From Octopus bimaculoides (taxonomy: Eukaryota): a stretch of DNA of 45,811 nt. The notes under the pieces were generated by a model that was not told where the DNA came from, made no database searches, and saw nothing but the letters and a program-made list of their open reading frames with translations. The stretch is from positions 8,126,104-8,171,914 of the forward strand of contig NC_068994.1 of the NCBI RefSeq assembly GCF_001194135.2, in the 5' to 3' direction. Position numbers and translations under genes: made by a program. Shown in pieces: positions 1 through 13,356 of the stretch. Position 1 is the stretch's first letter. Every line of letters begins with the position of its first letter.

Positions 1-263
1 ATATATATATATATATACATATGCATGTACATATACGTGTGTGTGTGTATTTGTAGAATAGAAAGATGGCGAGAATGAGCGATAGATAGAGAGATTACTG
101 AGATACAAAGATAGTATTTTGACTCATCCTCGTGTTATTTGTGACTTTTTTTTAATGTTTCGGTATACTACAGACTTGGCTCATTTTTTTTCTGTCGGCT
201 TCTTAGTTTAAAAAAAAAATTTTCTAGTCATTTTGGTGTGTTGTGTCTGTGTATCTATATATG

Positions 264-298
<35 letters not shown>

Positions 299-326
299 GT
301 GTGTATGTGTCTGTGTGTGCATACGC

Positions 327-399
<73 letters not shown>

Positions 400-560
400 T
401 ACATGTATACATATATATATATATATATATGCATATATATATGTGTGTGTGTGTGTATATATATACACACTTACACAGACAATACACACATGCTTTAGAA
501 AGCTCTGTCACATCATTTATTCTCTCTCCCTCACACACACACTCACACACACACACGCGC
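1..560. repeat. (TA)n/(TG)n/(CA)n compound microsatellites; similar tracts recur throughout the window and border most gaps
   Basis: Direct reading; these tracts explain the [12 protein letters not shown] ORFs in the track. Confidence 0.98.
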
Positions 561-780
561 TCGCGTGCGCAAATACTGAAATTTCAAAAATCTGTTCACT
601 GAATTTCACGTTCAGTTTAAGGATTTCCGGATGCTATTAAACACGTGACCCTAACTTTATAGAGTAAACCTGATTGTATTAGAAAATTAGTTTGTTTTAC
701 CTATTTTTTACATGAGGAGATTTTAAAGAGTTCGGTATTGTATTTTTTGTAAAACCCCAAATTCGAAGAGCTTTGTTATA

Positions 781-1022
781 ATAATGATAATAATAATAAT
801 AATAATAAACCCTTCCACTACAGACACAAGGCTTGACATTTTGAGGGAGGGGATAAGTCGATTACATAGTCCCCGATACCTGACTGGTACTTATTTTATC
901 GACCCCGAAAGGATGAAAGGCAAAATCGATCTCAGCAGAGTTTGAACCCAGAACGGAGCGACGGACGAATTACCGCAAAGCATTTCATCCGACGTACTGA
1001 CGGTTTTACCAGCCCGCCACCT
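781..1022 (-). mobile_element. tRNA-derived SINE, family A, near full length with (ATT)n tail
   Basis: Minus strand starts aggtggcgggctggtaaaaccg, has B-box gggttcaaactc and body gcctttcatcctttcggggtcgata shared with copies at 29506, 34759 and 37642. Confidence 0.85.
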
Positions 1023-1425
1023 GAAGTCTAATTATAATAAGGGTTTCAAATTTTGGTACAGTGGTAGCCATTTATGAGGGAATGAGGGGGGGGGGAGTCA
1101 CTTACGTCAACTTCAGTATTTGATTGATACTTATGTTATGTATGTATGTATGCATGTATGTATGTGTGTGTGTCCTTATTCAGTTTATTTCAAGATTTCT
1201 TGCCAATAAAGAGCCGGTTTCTGGCTCTATAACCTTTCTCATTGAGAAATGCCGAAGACAGTTAAATCTGGATAGATTTAAAGCTTTAGCTTTTGCTAAA
1301 AAACAGACATACATATACATCACATTATATACATGCATACATACATACACACATACACACATATAATACATACACACACATGCACGCACATGCATGAGTA
1401 CATAAATACATATATGCATACATAT

Positions 1426-1502
<77 letters not shown>

Positions 1503-2239
1503 NNNNNNNNNNNNNNNNNNNNNNNNNNNNNNNNNNNNNNNNNNNNNNNNNNNNNNNNNNNNNNNNNNNNNNNNNNNNNNNNNNNNNNNNNNNNNNNNNN
1601 NNNNNNNNNNNNNNNNNNNNNNNNNNNNNNNNNNNNNNNNNNNNNNNNNNNNNNNNNNNNNNNNNNNNNNNNNNNNNNNNNNNNNNNNNNNNNNNNNNNN
1701 NNNNNNNNNNNNNNNNNNNNNNNNNNNNNNNNNNNNNNNNNNNNNNNNNNNNNNNNNNNNNNNNNNNNNNNNNNNNNNNNNNNNNNNNNNNNNNNNNNNN
1801 NNNNNNNNNNNNNNNNNNNNNNNNNNNNNNNNNNNNNNNNNNNNNNNNNCCCACACACACACGCACACACCAGCAAATACACCAATGGCGTATCACTCTA
1901 TCAAACTACGTTGTTTTTTTCCGTAGCCGCAGTCACTCTATTTCTCCTCTGGTTCTGTTTCTTTGCCTTGCCATTGCTCAAATATAATTTGTTTACCTCA
2001 TCGCTCAAGCGATTATTAAACTGTTAACCGAGTACGCTGGTCTGATCTTAGAGACATTGTACAGATTTCCGATACCCGTTTCTTCAGTAAAAAGTAACAA
2101 CCAGTTATTTTTCACCGAAGAAAAGGGTGGTAGGAGTGAAAAGACCGTGAACTCAGTAATTTCCTGGGTGCACCAAATATTCTACGTTTAAAATGCCGAG
2201 ATTGTTGTATCTCTTTCGTAAACTATAAACATATTCACA

Positions 2240-2249
2240 TATCTGTCTG

Positions 2250-2282
<33 letters not shown>

Positions 2283-2388
2283 GTGTTTGTGAGTATGTAA
2301 GCATATACAAATATACACGCACAGTTACACAGACACAGACACACTCATACATACAAGCGTACGTACATATACATATATACATGCATAC

Positions 2389-2461
<73 letters not shown>

Positions 2462-2728
2462 GATGTATACTAATATATATATATGCATATATGTATATAC
2501 ATGTGTGTGTGTATATATATATATGTATATATATATGTACATACATATATATACATATATGTATATATACATATATATATATGTGTGTGTGTGTATATAT
2601 CCATATGTATATGTATACATATATACATATATGTATATACATACACATACATACTCACACACATAAAGACAGACAGACAGACAGACAGACTGATAGATAG
2701 ATAGATACATACATACATATATATATAT

Positions 2729-2773
<45 letters not shown>

Positions 2774-2820
2774 CTTTTAACTAACTTCTTTAAAAGAAGC
2801 AGCAATAATTAGAAAAAGTA

Positions 2821-2868
<48 letters not shown>

Positions 2869-2900
2869 GGTAGTAGTAGTAGTAGTGGTGATGGTGGTGG
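2240..2900. repeat. (TCTA)n, (TA)n/(CA)n and (CTA)n/(TAG)n microsatellite block
   Basis: Direct reading. Confidence 0.95.
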
Positions 2901-3109
2901 TGGTTCTGTTGGTATTCGTTAAATGTTATTCAAGGACAGTTTCTGAAATGGTTATAAACATTCATGTCCTAGTGACTTAGATCGGCTTTTATATTAAACA
3001 GAGCCCTTCCGCCCACTAAATACACGTACCCCTATGTGTATGTGTGTGTATGTGTTTGTATGTGTGTGTGTGTGTGTGCTGCTGTTTGTGTGTGTGTGTG
3101 TGTTTATAT

Positions 3110-3345
3110 TTTTGTTCTTGTACTTGTTTTAGTCATTGGACTGCGGCCATGTGTGTATGTATGTGTGTGTGGTGGGGAGGGCACCCGCCTTGAATGATTT
3201 GTTTAGTGGAACTGACCGACTATAATATTTCTTATAAAGTCTGCTACATATTCTATCGGTCACTTTCGATGAAACGCTATATTACAGGGATGTAATAAAA
3301 CCAACATCGGTTGTCTGTTTGTGGTGGGGAGAGACACAAAGACAC
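3110..3345 (-). mobile_element. Degraded 3' part of SINE family B
   Basis: tagtcattggactgcggccatg and tattctatcggtcactttc match the reverse complement of the 3' half of 15824-16217. Confidence 0.6.
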
Positions 3346-3431
3346 ATTCCGGCAAGGAATGGCAAGTTACACCTCGGCAGAATTTGAAAAAACGCAGCCA
3401 TAAATATGGCTGCCCGAATGTCTGTGCATGT

Positions 3432-3486
<55 letters not shown>

Positions 3487-3521
3487 CGGTCTGTCTGTCT
3501 CTGTCTCTGTCTCTGTCTGTT

Positions 3522-3555
<34 letters not shown>

Positions 3556-3866
3556 TGTTATATCCCGTTGCAATGTTCGAATTTAGCCCCGTGGTAATGA
3601 AGTGTTAGTGGCAATCGGAGAAACGATTTCAGTTCCTTGTGTTGTTGTTCTTGTGGTTTTGTGGTAAGACACACGCCAGTCAAGGGAGGGATTATGTATG
3701 TATGTATGTATGTATGTATGTATGTATGTATGTATGTATGTATGCATGCATGCATGTATGTTCGTATGTATGTATATATGTATGTATCTGTCTCTCTCTC
3801 TCTCTATATATATATATACATACATAATACATATATATAAATGTATATGTATATATAAACAAGTGA

Positions 3867-3901
<35 letters not shown>

Positions 3902-4284
3902 AGATAGAGAAAGGGAGATAGAGAGAGAGGGAGAGATTTGTGTGATATTTTGCAGTTATGTCTTACGTATACATGTCTTATAAGGTTTACTTATATTTCT
4001 CCTCAGCACCCCCCCCCACACACATTCACGCTTACGTAAGTAGATATACCGTCATATGAGTGTGTGCATATGTATGTTACAGTCAACATATATGTATGTA
4101 CAAGCATGGATGCATATGTGTATGTGTGTATTTGTATATGCCTGAATGTGTGTTTGCGTATGCGTTCGTATATTTATATTCACACACTTCCAAACATATA
4201 TTGCTATATAACTATGTATGTTTATATGCATGTTTGCATGCATGTATGTATGTATATATGTCTCTCTCTCTCCCTCTCTCCCTC

Positions 4285-4324
<40 letters not shown>

Positions 4325-4718
4325 NNNNNNNNNNNNNNNNNNNNNNNNNNNNNNNNNNNNNNNNNNNNNNNNNNNNNNNNNNNNNNNNNNNNNNNNNNNN
4401 NNNNNNNNNNNNNNNNNNNNNNNNNNNNNNNNNNNNNNNNNNNNNNNNNNNNNNNNNNNNNNNNNNNNNNNNNNNNNNNNNNNNNNNNNNNNNNNNNNNN
4501 NNNNNNNNNNNNNNNNNNNNNNNNNNNNNNNNNNNNNNNNNNNNNNNNNNNNNNNNNNNNNNNNNNNNNNNNNNNNNNNNNNNNNNNNNNNNNNNNNNNN
4601 NNNNNNNNNNNNNNNNNNNNNNNNNNNNNNNNNNNNNNNNNNNNNNNNNNNNNNNNNNNNNNNNNNNNNNNNNNNNNNNNNNNNNNNNNNNNNNNNNNNN
4701 NNNNNNNNNNNNNNNNNN

Positions 4719-4769
<51 letters not shown>

Positions 4770-5707
4770 GATATATAAATATACGTGTATATGTGTATTT
4801 GTGTGTGCGTGTGTATTTGAAAGTCTGTATCCGTTTAACCCTTACAGGTTGTCGTCTGCTAATGGAGATTTTGCAGATGATATCTAAAAATCTGCTTTAT
4901 GTCTACAAAATGTCCTGTCTCAAATTAGCTTCCACGGAGAAGTGTCTATCTAGCCATAATCTAAGTACGAGTCAATGACAGTGGCTCTTTGTCCTTGTTT
5001 GACTTGCTAGAAATAGTTACCACTGCTTCCTGAGCTCATACGTCTGCCATGTACCAGCTTTTAAGATGCGAAGCACTACGTTATATCATGTAGTCAGAGA
5101 TAACCGTGAGCGGATAGATTTTTTTTCATAGTGCAGGATTGACTTTTGGGTCCCCTAACAACAACAACAACAGTAGCAGCAGCAGAAGCATCATCATGAA
5201 CAGCAGCAAGAGTAACAACAACAACAACAACACCAACAGCTGTAGCAAGTGCCACAATAACATGCACCACCAAGAGAACATCTACATTGTCAAAGAATCT
5301 GTTAAGATTATCAGCCTTAACCCTTTGATGTCCTATGTATTACATGTAAAACATAGGACATATTTCCCAGGTGACCATGCATCATATATAATACACATTC
5401 CTAGTATTTTTTTAACCACCAAAGTGATTGGAACTCATGAATAAAAACAACTGCTTTATATTACTCAGAACGTGTGAAACAAGAATTAATTAAAGAACTG
5501 AAAACAAGAGTGGAGGTTTAGGTCAAACATATGAAAATGTTTTGGGAAGAACACGATGGGGTAGTTGAGCAATATATTTTATTTGACAATAGGGCGCTGC
5601 GGCATTTAGGAGGGGCCTTAGGTTTTTGTTTCAGGGCGTCCTAAACTGGTTGTGGGGTACGGATTGGGACGAAAATTTTGTCAAACCTATGATTAACTAG
5701 CCTAAAC

Positions 5708-6104
5708 GACTGGTCCTCAACCGAGCCTCATACGACCTAAGTGGGTCCACATAACATTTTTTGCGGGGGTCTACGTAAGCAAAATAGCAAACTGAGGATC
5801 TACAGCATTATTTTAAGAGTCCACGAAAAAAAGAAAAATTGCTTTCGATGTATTTATTACAAGAAACAGCTTGGTTTCCATCTCTCATGTTTTACATATT
5901 TCAACATATTTCCAGGACCTGGAGCATATTGTCTCAAATAACGTTATTGCAAGCCTTCGCAAATGAATGTGTGATAAATAAAAGAGGAATTTTGAAAGAA
6001 GTATTTATAAAACTAGTTTTTAAACATCGAATGGCTATGAGGGTCCACCGGAATAAAATAGTAATCAAAGGGGTCCGTTGATGAGAAATGGTTGAGAACC
6101 ATTG
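5708..6104. mobile_element. Non-autonomous hAT element (MITE), 397 bp
   Basis: 15-bp imperfect TIRs gactggtcctcaacc (5708-5722) and ggttgagaaccattg (6090-6104); 8-bp TSD gcctaaac (5700-5707) / gcctaaat (6105-6112). Confidence 0.8.
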
Positions 6105-6440
6105 GCCTAAATGCGTGTTGCAAAGAGGACACTGCCAGAGACATCCAAAGAAAAGGTGAAACCAACAGACAAATTCAAACGATGCAAGGTATAGATAACC
6201 AGGGCCGCGGGCCGCATTTGAACTCAGAGCGCAGTGAGCCGGAAGGATTAGCGCAAAACTCTAACGATTTTGTCAATAAATAATGGGATGGTCATAACTA
6301 GAACGCCGTCCATTCGCTGGGCTGGTTGTTTTTGGACCAAACTACCACGTCATAGACTTGTCACAGTATGCAGTCAAACGCGCACACACACACACACACA
6401 GAGGCATATATACACATACGCACACATACACCACACACAC

Positions 6441-6530
6441 ACGCACACATTCATATAGACACACACACATTCATATAGACACACACACATTCATATAGAC
6501 ACACACACATTCATATAGACACACACACAC
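6441..6530. repeat. 20-bp minisatellite (acacacacattcatatagac), about 4 copies
   Basis: Direct reading. Confidence 0.9.
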
Positions 6531-7750
6531 TAGGATTTATACCCAAAAACCATATATATATATTCCACACGCCTAAGCGAGTACGTTGAATCTATACAGG
6601 AACTATATGCTAGTTACGCTTGAGTGCATTTCACAGCGCTATCAATAGTCGCATTAATGCACACACACACATGCATTCAGGAACACACGAACACCTTGAT
6701 GCATACATACATACCGACATACATACGTGCATACATACATTTAAACAGAAAGACATACGTACATCACTTTAATATGAAGCAAAATATCAACGCTTGTACT
6801 TCAAAATTAGACATAAATACAGGGATATACGCATATATATATATATATATNNNNNNNNNNNNNNNNNNNNNNNNNNNNNNNNNNNNNNNNNNNNNNNNNN
6901 NNNNNNNNNNNNNNNNNNNNNNNNNNNNNNNNNNNNNNNNNNNNNNNNNNNNNNNNNNNNNNNNNNNNNNNNNNNNNNNNNNNNNNNNNNNNNNNNNNNN
7001 NNNNNNNNNNNNNNNNNNNNNNNNNNNNNNNNNNNNNNNNNNNNNNNNNNNNNNNNNNNNNNNNNNNNNNNNNNNNNNNNNNNNNNNNNNNNNNNNNNNN
7101 NNNNNNNNNNNNNNNNNNNNNNNNNNNNNNNNNNNNNNNNNNNNNNNNNNNNNNNNNNNNNNNNNNNNNNNNNNNNNNNNNNNNNNNNNNNNNNNNNNNN
7201 NNNNNNNNNNNNNNNNNNNNNNNNNNNNNNNNNNNNNNNNNNNNNNNNNNNNNNNNNNNNNNNNNNNNNNNNNNNNNNNNNNNNNNNNNNNNNNNNNNNN
7301 NNNNNNNNNNNNNNNNNNNNNNNNNNNNNNNNNNNNNNNNNNNNNNNNNNNNNNNNATATATATATATATATAAATATCTGTTTTGTGTTTGTCTCTGTG
7401 TATGTATATTGGAATAAAGGCATGAACATGTGTTTGTTTCCATGAAATGCAAATACACATACATACATACATACATACATACATACTTTAGAGATACGTA
7501 CGTATGTGTACACATATAAATATATATATATATATATGTGCATGAGCGTGTGTGTATATACGTATTTACCTATATGTGTGTGTATATACTAACATAAAAG
7601 TATCCGTATGCACACTCATATATCTGTGCATATGTTCTCATACACATGCAAACACATACATATTTATATACATACACACACATATATATATGAATATGTG
7701 TGTAAATATGTGTATGTATATATAGATATATATAATATATATATATATAG

Positions 7751-7800
<50 letters not shown>

Positions 7801-8074
7801 AGTGTGTGTGTCTCATTGAGTGGAGGGTGAAATGTGTATGTGCGTATATTTCCGTGTGTGTTTCAATGAGTGTGTATATACACAGATTAGTATCAGATTT
7901 AAACGTAAGTGGACAATTTCTTCGCTGATTATTAATATCTATATTGGTCGCAGACGTTTACATATGTCGACCTAAACGAACATACATACATTTCCTGCTA
8001 TTCTTGTGTAATTAATATCGAAGCATCTAGAATTTTTGTGGGGGAGATGTTATTGACCATAAGTCGGTGTCTGT

Positions 8075-8365
8075 GTGCGTGGCTGTGTGGTAAGAAGTTT
8101 GTTTCCCAACCGCATGGTTCTGGATGCAGTCCCACTGCGTGGCACCTTGGGAATGTGGTTTCTACTATAGCCCCGGGCAGGGCAAAATCGTCTTAGTGGA
8201 GTTGGTAGCTGGACAACTGAAAGAAGCCCGTAGATATCTATCTATGAATATATATATATCTATGTGAGTGTCTGTGTTTCTGTTTGTCCCCTAACAACAA
8301 ACGTGACAGTCGGTGTTGGTTTGTTCGTGTCCCCGTAACTTAGCAATAGCAGTTGAGCATAAGGG
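8075..8365 (+). mobile_element. SINE family B, diverged copy
   Basis: gtggctgtgtggtaagaagttt...cagtcccactgcgtggcaccttggg...ctgaaagaagcccgt...gtccccgtaacttagc is colinear with 15824-16217. Confidence 0.8.
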
Positions 8366-8384
8366 GCAGTTTATATATATTTAT

Positions 8385-8459
8385 AAATGGTTTCTTTCAG
8401 TTGCCGTCAACCAAATCCGCTGACAAAGCATTGGACAACCTTAGGCTATAGTAGAAGAC
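8385..8459 (-). mobile_element. SINE family B internal fragment, inverted relative to 8075-8365
   Basis: Reverse complement agtcttctactatagcc...ggatttggttgacggcaactgaaagaaacc. Confidence 0.7.
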
Positions 8460-8473
8460 TATATATATGTATG

Positions 8474-8521
<48 letters not shown>

Positions 8522-9836
8522 CGTGTATATATATATGTGTGTGTGTGTATTTAAGTAATAATTGTGATATTTGTTAAAATTAGAGTGTGACCAAACCCGA
8601 TTCAGAAAAATCAGAAATCTGGAAGGACTTTGGAACCAAAGGCTCTAGCTGATCGATGTTATACTTGTACTAATATTGTCATCGATTCCGTTCCATAGTT
8701 GAGGTTGCTGAAAGCGTAACACAAACGCAAATGTGACGTGCAGAATAACATAAATAACAATGTGCCCTGCTTTTCGAGAAAGTGTGCTTACAGGAAAAAT
8801 TAAAATTAGCGAGAACTGGGATGACTCGTCTGAACAGATACAGGTTCAAGTCACGCTGGTTTTCACTATAATGGAAAATAGGATTTCTCTACCATTCTCT
8901 TATCCAAAAAGTTGTTTCAGAGAGATATTTTAATGGTGCTTAAAAACCTCGGCGCCGTCATAGTGAGGTGGGTTCGCTTTAAGTGGAATAAGTAATGGAG
9001 GAGAATGACGTTTTGGATATTGTCGTTTTTTTCTCAGATAGTGAAAAAAGAGAAGGAAAAAAATAATATGTAAAAAAATGGAATCGGGGGCGGAATCCAA
9101 GTTAGGAGAACCGCGTAGTTTTGGTCTTCATGTCTGGCGGCCGAACATAGATAATGATGGGAAATCTGTTTAAAATATTTTCCAAATTAAAAACTTGTGA
9201 ACAACTTTGAAGAAACAAGAAAGTTTTCTGGTTTTTGTTCTTTGGGAAAATTAGCGAAAAGTATTGCTTCCGATTGTATGGAAATTCCCAGTAACCGCCA
9301 AAGAAAGCCATTGACGAAAATAAATAAAAAATCTTTTCTTTTATGGAATTATATTTAGAGAGTTAATGTTGATTTAACGCCTATTGTAAACGAACAATGA
9401 ACCGCTATTGTTGTTTGTTTTTATAGATATACGTACATATACATATACGTATATATTTGTTTGTCTATATATATATATGTGTGTGTGTGTGTGTAGGCAC
9501 GGCAACGAAACTTTCTGAAGTCATAAACTTCTTGAATAATTTAAACTTCCTCAAAAGAATAAATAAATAATAGAGAAGACTATTGACTGGGATGTCTTTT
9601 CAAATGCTGATCATTAACGAATAACACAAACAAAAGTAATTAAAACCGTCAACAATAAAAACAACAGCAACAACCTCAACAACAACAATGATGATAATAA
9701 TAATAATAATAATAATAGTAATAATAATAATAATCAATATAATAATAATAATCATTATAATGATAAAAGTAATAAAACAATCTATTTTGGAACTGGTTTA
9801 ACTGGTTTAATAATAATTGGCTGAGTAGTCGTAGAC

Positions 9837-9871
<35 letters not shown>

Positions 9872-10145
9872 CACCAACAATAATACTAGCAAAAGACAGG
9901 AAATACGATGCTTAATTTTTGTTTATTAATTTGAGCATAACGCCAACGCGATTGCTGTAGAGGTTCTGTAGTTGAATAAATCGAACTTAATTTTTTTTTA
10001 TCGATTTCCAAGTGAACCCGATCACGAATTGAATCCGGATATTTCTGACTGAGAAAGACTGACCAATATGGCAGGTTTCTGCCAACTGGACTTCTTGTAT
10101 GAGACAAGCAAGGACGATTATATATAGAGACTTAGATACATACAC

Positions 10146-10208
<63 letters not shown>

Positions 10209-10352
10209 CATTCAAAATAAACGGAAGTGGAGAGACAAGTTACTGAAGAGATTGCAAGAGTGCAATGAAATAATTTAACAAAAAACTATATAAATTAATA
10301 AAGGACTGAACCAGTGCGTGTGTTTATTACCGGCATAATGCCTCTCCCAAGG

Positions 10353-10384
<32 letters not shown>

Positions 10385-11232
10385 ATACAGAATGGGACAA
10401 CAACGCAAAACATCCAGACACTTAGGTGATACAAGAAAGGCACAAAACATACAGGTGGACGATACAAAGAAAACACGGACAGGTCATTGGGAGTTTTCTC
10501 TCTTCAGTCGAGTTCTAGATTATCTTTGCAAATTCGGCTGGTTATTCTCGAAATTGCTCCAGCATGGCCAGCCCCAAGGAAAAACTAAGCTAAGAGCATT
10601 AGATTCCTTGGAGGAATTCTTTATGATTGCATTATCTTATCCTGTTCTACTAGCTCACGTCCAGCTTCGCTAACAGTGTTTAGTTGTTTATGACTTCTTA
10701 TTCACCGATGTAATATAGTTGCCCTGTATATACATGTTAATAACTTTATCACATCATGTTTTGCTGAAGTTCTTTATCTCATTTGTTTATAACTTTTCAT
10801 TGACGAATCCAGTCGTTGCCTTTCTTAACATATCAACTGTTACACTATACTTAGTTTTGATAAGATCATCGTCTCTCAATTTCATAAACTGTTATTTTAT
10901 ATCTGGTGTTTTTAAATTATCATTCCGTAGGTTAATTTGTTGTTTACTCTGTTTCAGTGTTACTTTTGCGTCCGCATTGTAGCACTTCCACTGTTAACTG
11001 TGATGCCGTTGCAACGTCAGGTGTTTATCGTGTTTGAGTTAAGAACATTAAAAAAAACAAAAAACATTCTAATTATTCTGATATTTTTCTCGTTAGACGG
11101 TTGCATTTCTTCCGTCCAGCGTGTTTATGATTTTTGAAGTTAATCACAGATTATTCTGCTGTGGTATTAGAAAATATTTAAGCAAATGATTAAGAAATAT
11201 TTAAGTAAATGATTGCCTAGAGAATATCTATA

Positions 11233-11390
11233 TTATATTTTATCTTTCAAGTTCCAAATGTACTTGGACAGTAATGTAGTGCGGATTTTTGCAAATATTG
11301 TGAGACGTTGCTTGTGTCTGACTTTGTAAAATCTGCTGCCGTTTTTGTCACTACTGTAACTTTTACGCTCCACCACATTGCAGAGATTGG
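11233..11390 (-). mobile_element. Degraded Penelope-like GIY-YIG endonuclease fragment
   Basis: Minus frame ...RFYKVRHKQRLTIFAKIRTTLLSKYIWNLKDKI resembles the PLE motif FKxRxxxH...TxLSKYIWxLK; same motif as 19825-19996. Confidence 0.55.
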
Positions 11391-11619
11391 TGCAAAAGAA
11401 ATTTGGCTTGAACATCTTCATCTTCTGTAGACTGACCTTAAATCGGTCTCTTAGTAGTAGTAGTAGTAGTAGTGATGGTGGTTGTAGTAGTAGCAGTCGT
11501 AGTAGTAGTGGTGGTGATAGTAGTAGTAGTAGCAGCAGTAATGGCAACATCCGAAGTAGAAGCAACAGTAGTAGTAGTGGTAGCTATTGTTGTTGTAGTG
11601 TGAAGACACGTGACCTTGT

Positions 11620-11850
11620 GATTGGGGTGTTGCATTGCGATCGCAATATCGCAGTTTTGATTTCCGGAGCGGACGGTGCATTATGTTCTGTGACAGATTA
11701 TGCTATTTGGAGTAGTTCAACTCCTCTCAACTGTGAATGAGTAACGCTACGACAGGTTATCGTCCTGTTCAGGGACAGTGGTGATATGTTGTGATCTCGG
11801 CCACTTTTACGCATTGCAGACCCTATGAGTCCTAGGACCCGGGTCCAGAG
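11620..11850 (+). mobile_element. Old SINE of family D/E type
   Basis: Decayed B-box region ttttgatttccggagcgg, core caactcctctcaactgtgaatgagt, and cgtcctgttcaggg / ccctatgagtcc resembling the 3' part of 31128-31370. Confidence 0.45.
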
Positions 11851-11866
11851 ATGGCATTTTATGCGT

Positions 11867-12206
11867 GAAGGCGCATTGGCTCAGTGGTTAGAGCGTCGGG
11901 CTCCCAACCATGAGGTAATGAGTTCGATTCCCGGATTGAGCTGAGTGTTGTGTTCTTGAACAAGACACTTTATTTCACGTTGCTCCAGTTCACTCAGCTG
12001 TAGAAACTAGTCGTGACGTCACTGGTGCCAAGCTGCAATCGACCTTTGCCTTTCTCTTAGATAAAATCGATGGCAGGAGAGGAAAGACTAGTATGCATGA
12101 GCGAAGACTGGTCTTCCATAAACAAACTTGCGCGGGCTTGTACCTGGGAGGATAACTTTCTAGGTGCAATCCCATGGTCAGTCATGCCCGAAAGGGGGTC
12201 TTTACT
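11867..12206 (+). mobile_element. tRNA-derived SINE, family D, near full length
   Basis: A-box tggctcagtggttagagc, B-box gagttcgattccc, then core ttgtgttcttgaacaagacactttatttcacgttgctccagttcactcagctgt and a distinct 3' part. Confidence 0.85.
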
Positions 12207-13297
12207 TTTTGCATTTTATTTAATAGTAAAAATGATGGTGGCGGATTTATTGTATCTATAATCGTATTAATAATACTGTTTACGTTTCTTGCGAGTGTTC
12301 CTATTATTATCAGGAATTGTAGAAATGAATGGAAGCGGGATAGTAATAGTAGCGCTGCGCAGTCGTTGCTGGTCACAGCAGCGTTTATAGTTGACGTTTT
12401 TTCTTCTTGTTTTTGTTTTTGTTTTTGCAAGTCTTGTTTGTTATAGATAGCAATTAGAATGGTAAGCGGTAAAGTGATATCAGTGCTGAAGGTGGCGGTG
12501 ATCGTGGCGGCGGCAGCGATGGATATAATCTTGGTAATATTTCGAGTGGTACTATTCGTGGCACTGATGGTGGTGGTGGTGGTGGTGGGGGGTTGCAGGG
12601 GTTAGTGACGTTATGTACCAGTGAAGTTTTGCGGTTNNNNNNNNNNNNNNNNNNNNNNNNNNNNNNNNNNNNNNNNNNNNNNNNNNNNNNNNNNNNNNNN
12701 NNNNNNNNNNNNNNNNNNNNNNNNNNNNNNNNNNNNNNNNNNNNNNNNNNNNNNNNNNNNNNNNNNNNNNNNNNNNNNNNNNNNNNNNNNNNNNNNNNNN
12801 NNNNNNNNNNNNNNNNNNNNNNNNNNNNNNNNNNNNNNNNNNNNNNNNNNNNNNNNNNNNNNNNNNNNNNNNNNNNNNNNNNNNNNNNNNNNNNNNNNNN
12901 NNNNNNNNNNNNNNNNNNNNNNNNNNNNNNNNNNNNNNNNNNNNNNNNNNNNNNNNNNNNNNNNNNNNNNNNNNNNNNNNNNNNNNNNNNNNNNNNNNNN
13001 NNNNNNNNNNNNNNNNNNNNNNNNNNNNNNNNNNNNNNNNNNNNNNNNNNNNNNNNNNNNNNNNNNNNNNNNNNNNNNNNNNNNNNNNNNNNNNNNNNNN
13101 NNNNNNNNNNNNNNNNNNNNNNNNNNNNNNNNNNNNNNNNNNNNNNNNNNNNNNNNNNNNNNNNNNNNNNNNNNNNNNNNNNNNNNNNNNNNNNNNNNNN
13201 NNNNNNNNNNNNNNNNNNNNNNNNNNNNNNNNNNNNNNNNNNNNNNNNNNNNNNNNNNNNNNNNNNNNNNNNNNNNNNNNNNNNNNNNNNNNNNNNN

Positions 13298-13356
<59 letters not shown>

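Noticed and set aside
781-1022. Family A SINE mobilised by Dong because both end in TAA-type tails
   Set aside because: The tails are on opposite strands, (ATT)n versus (TAA)n, and no 3' sequence is shared.
2055-2095. Minus-strand CUGAAGA...GGAAAU
   Set aside because: It needs two extra bases and a 3-bp stem II, and stems I and III are not convincing.
10470-10515. Minus-strand CUGAAGA-GAG-aaaa-CUC, resembling a hammerhead start, in a TA-flanked segment (about 10388-10620)
   Set aside because: It is followed by ccaaug rather than GAAA, and no stem III or cleavage triplet is present.
10680-11000. Coding-like minus-strand stretch
   Set aside because: Multiple stops and no recognisable family motif.
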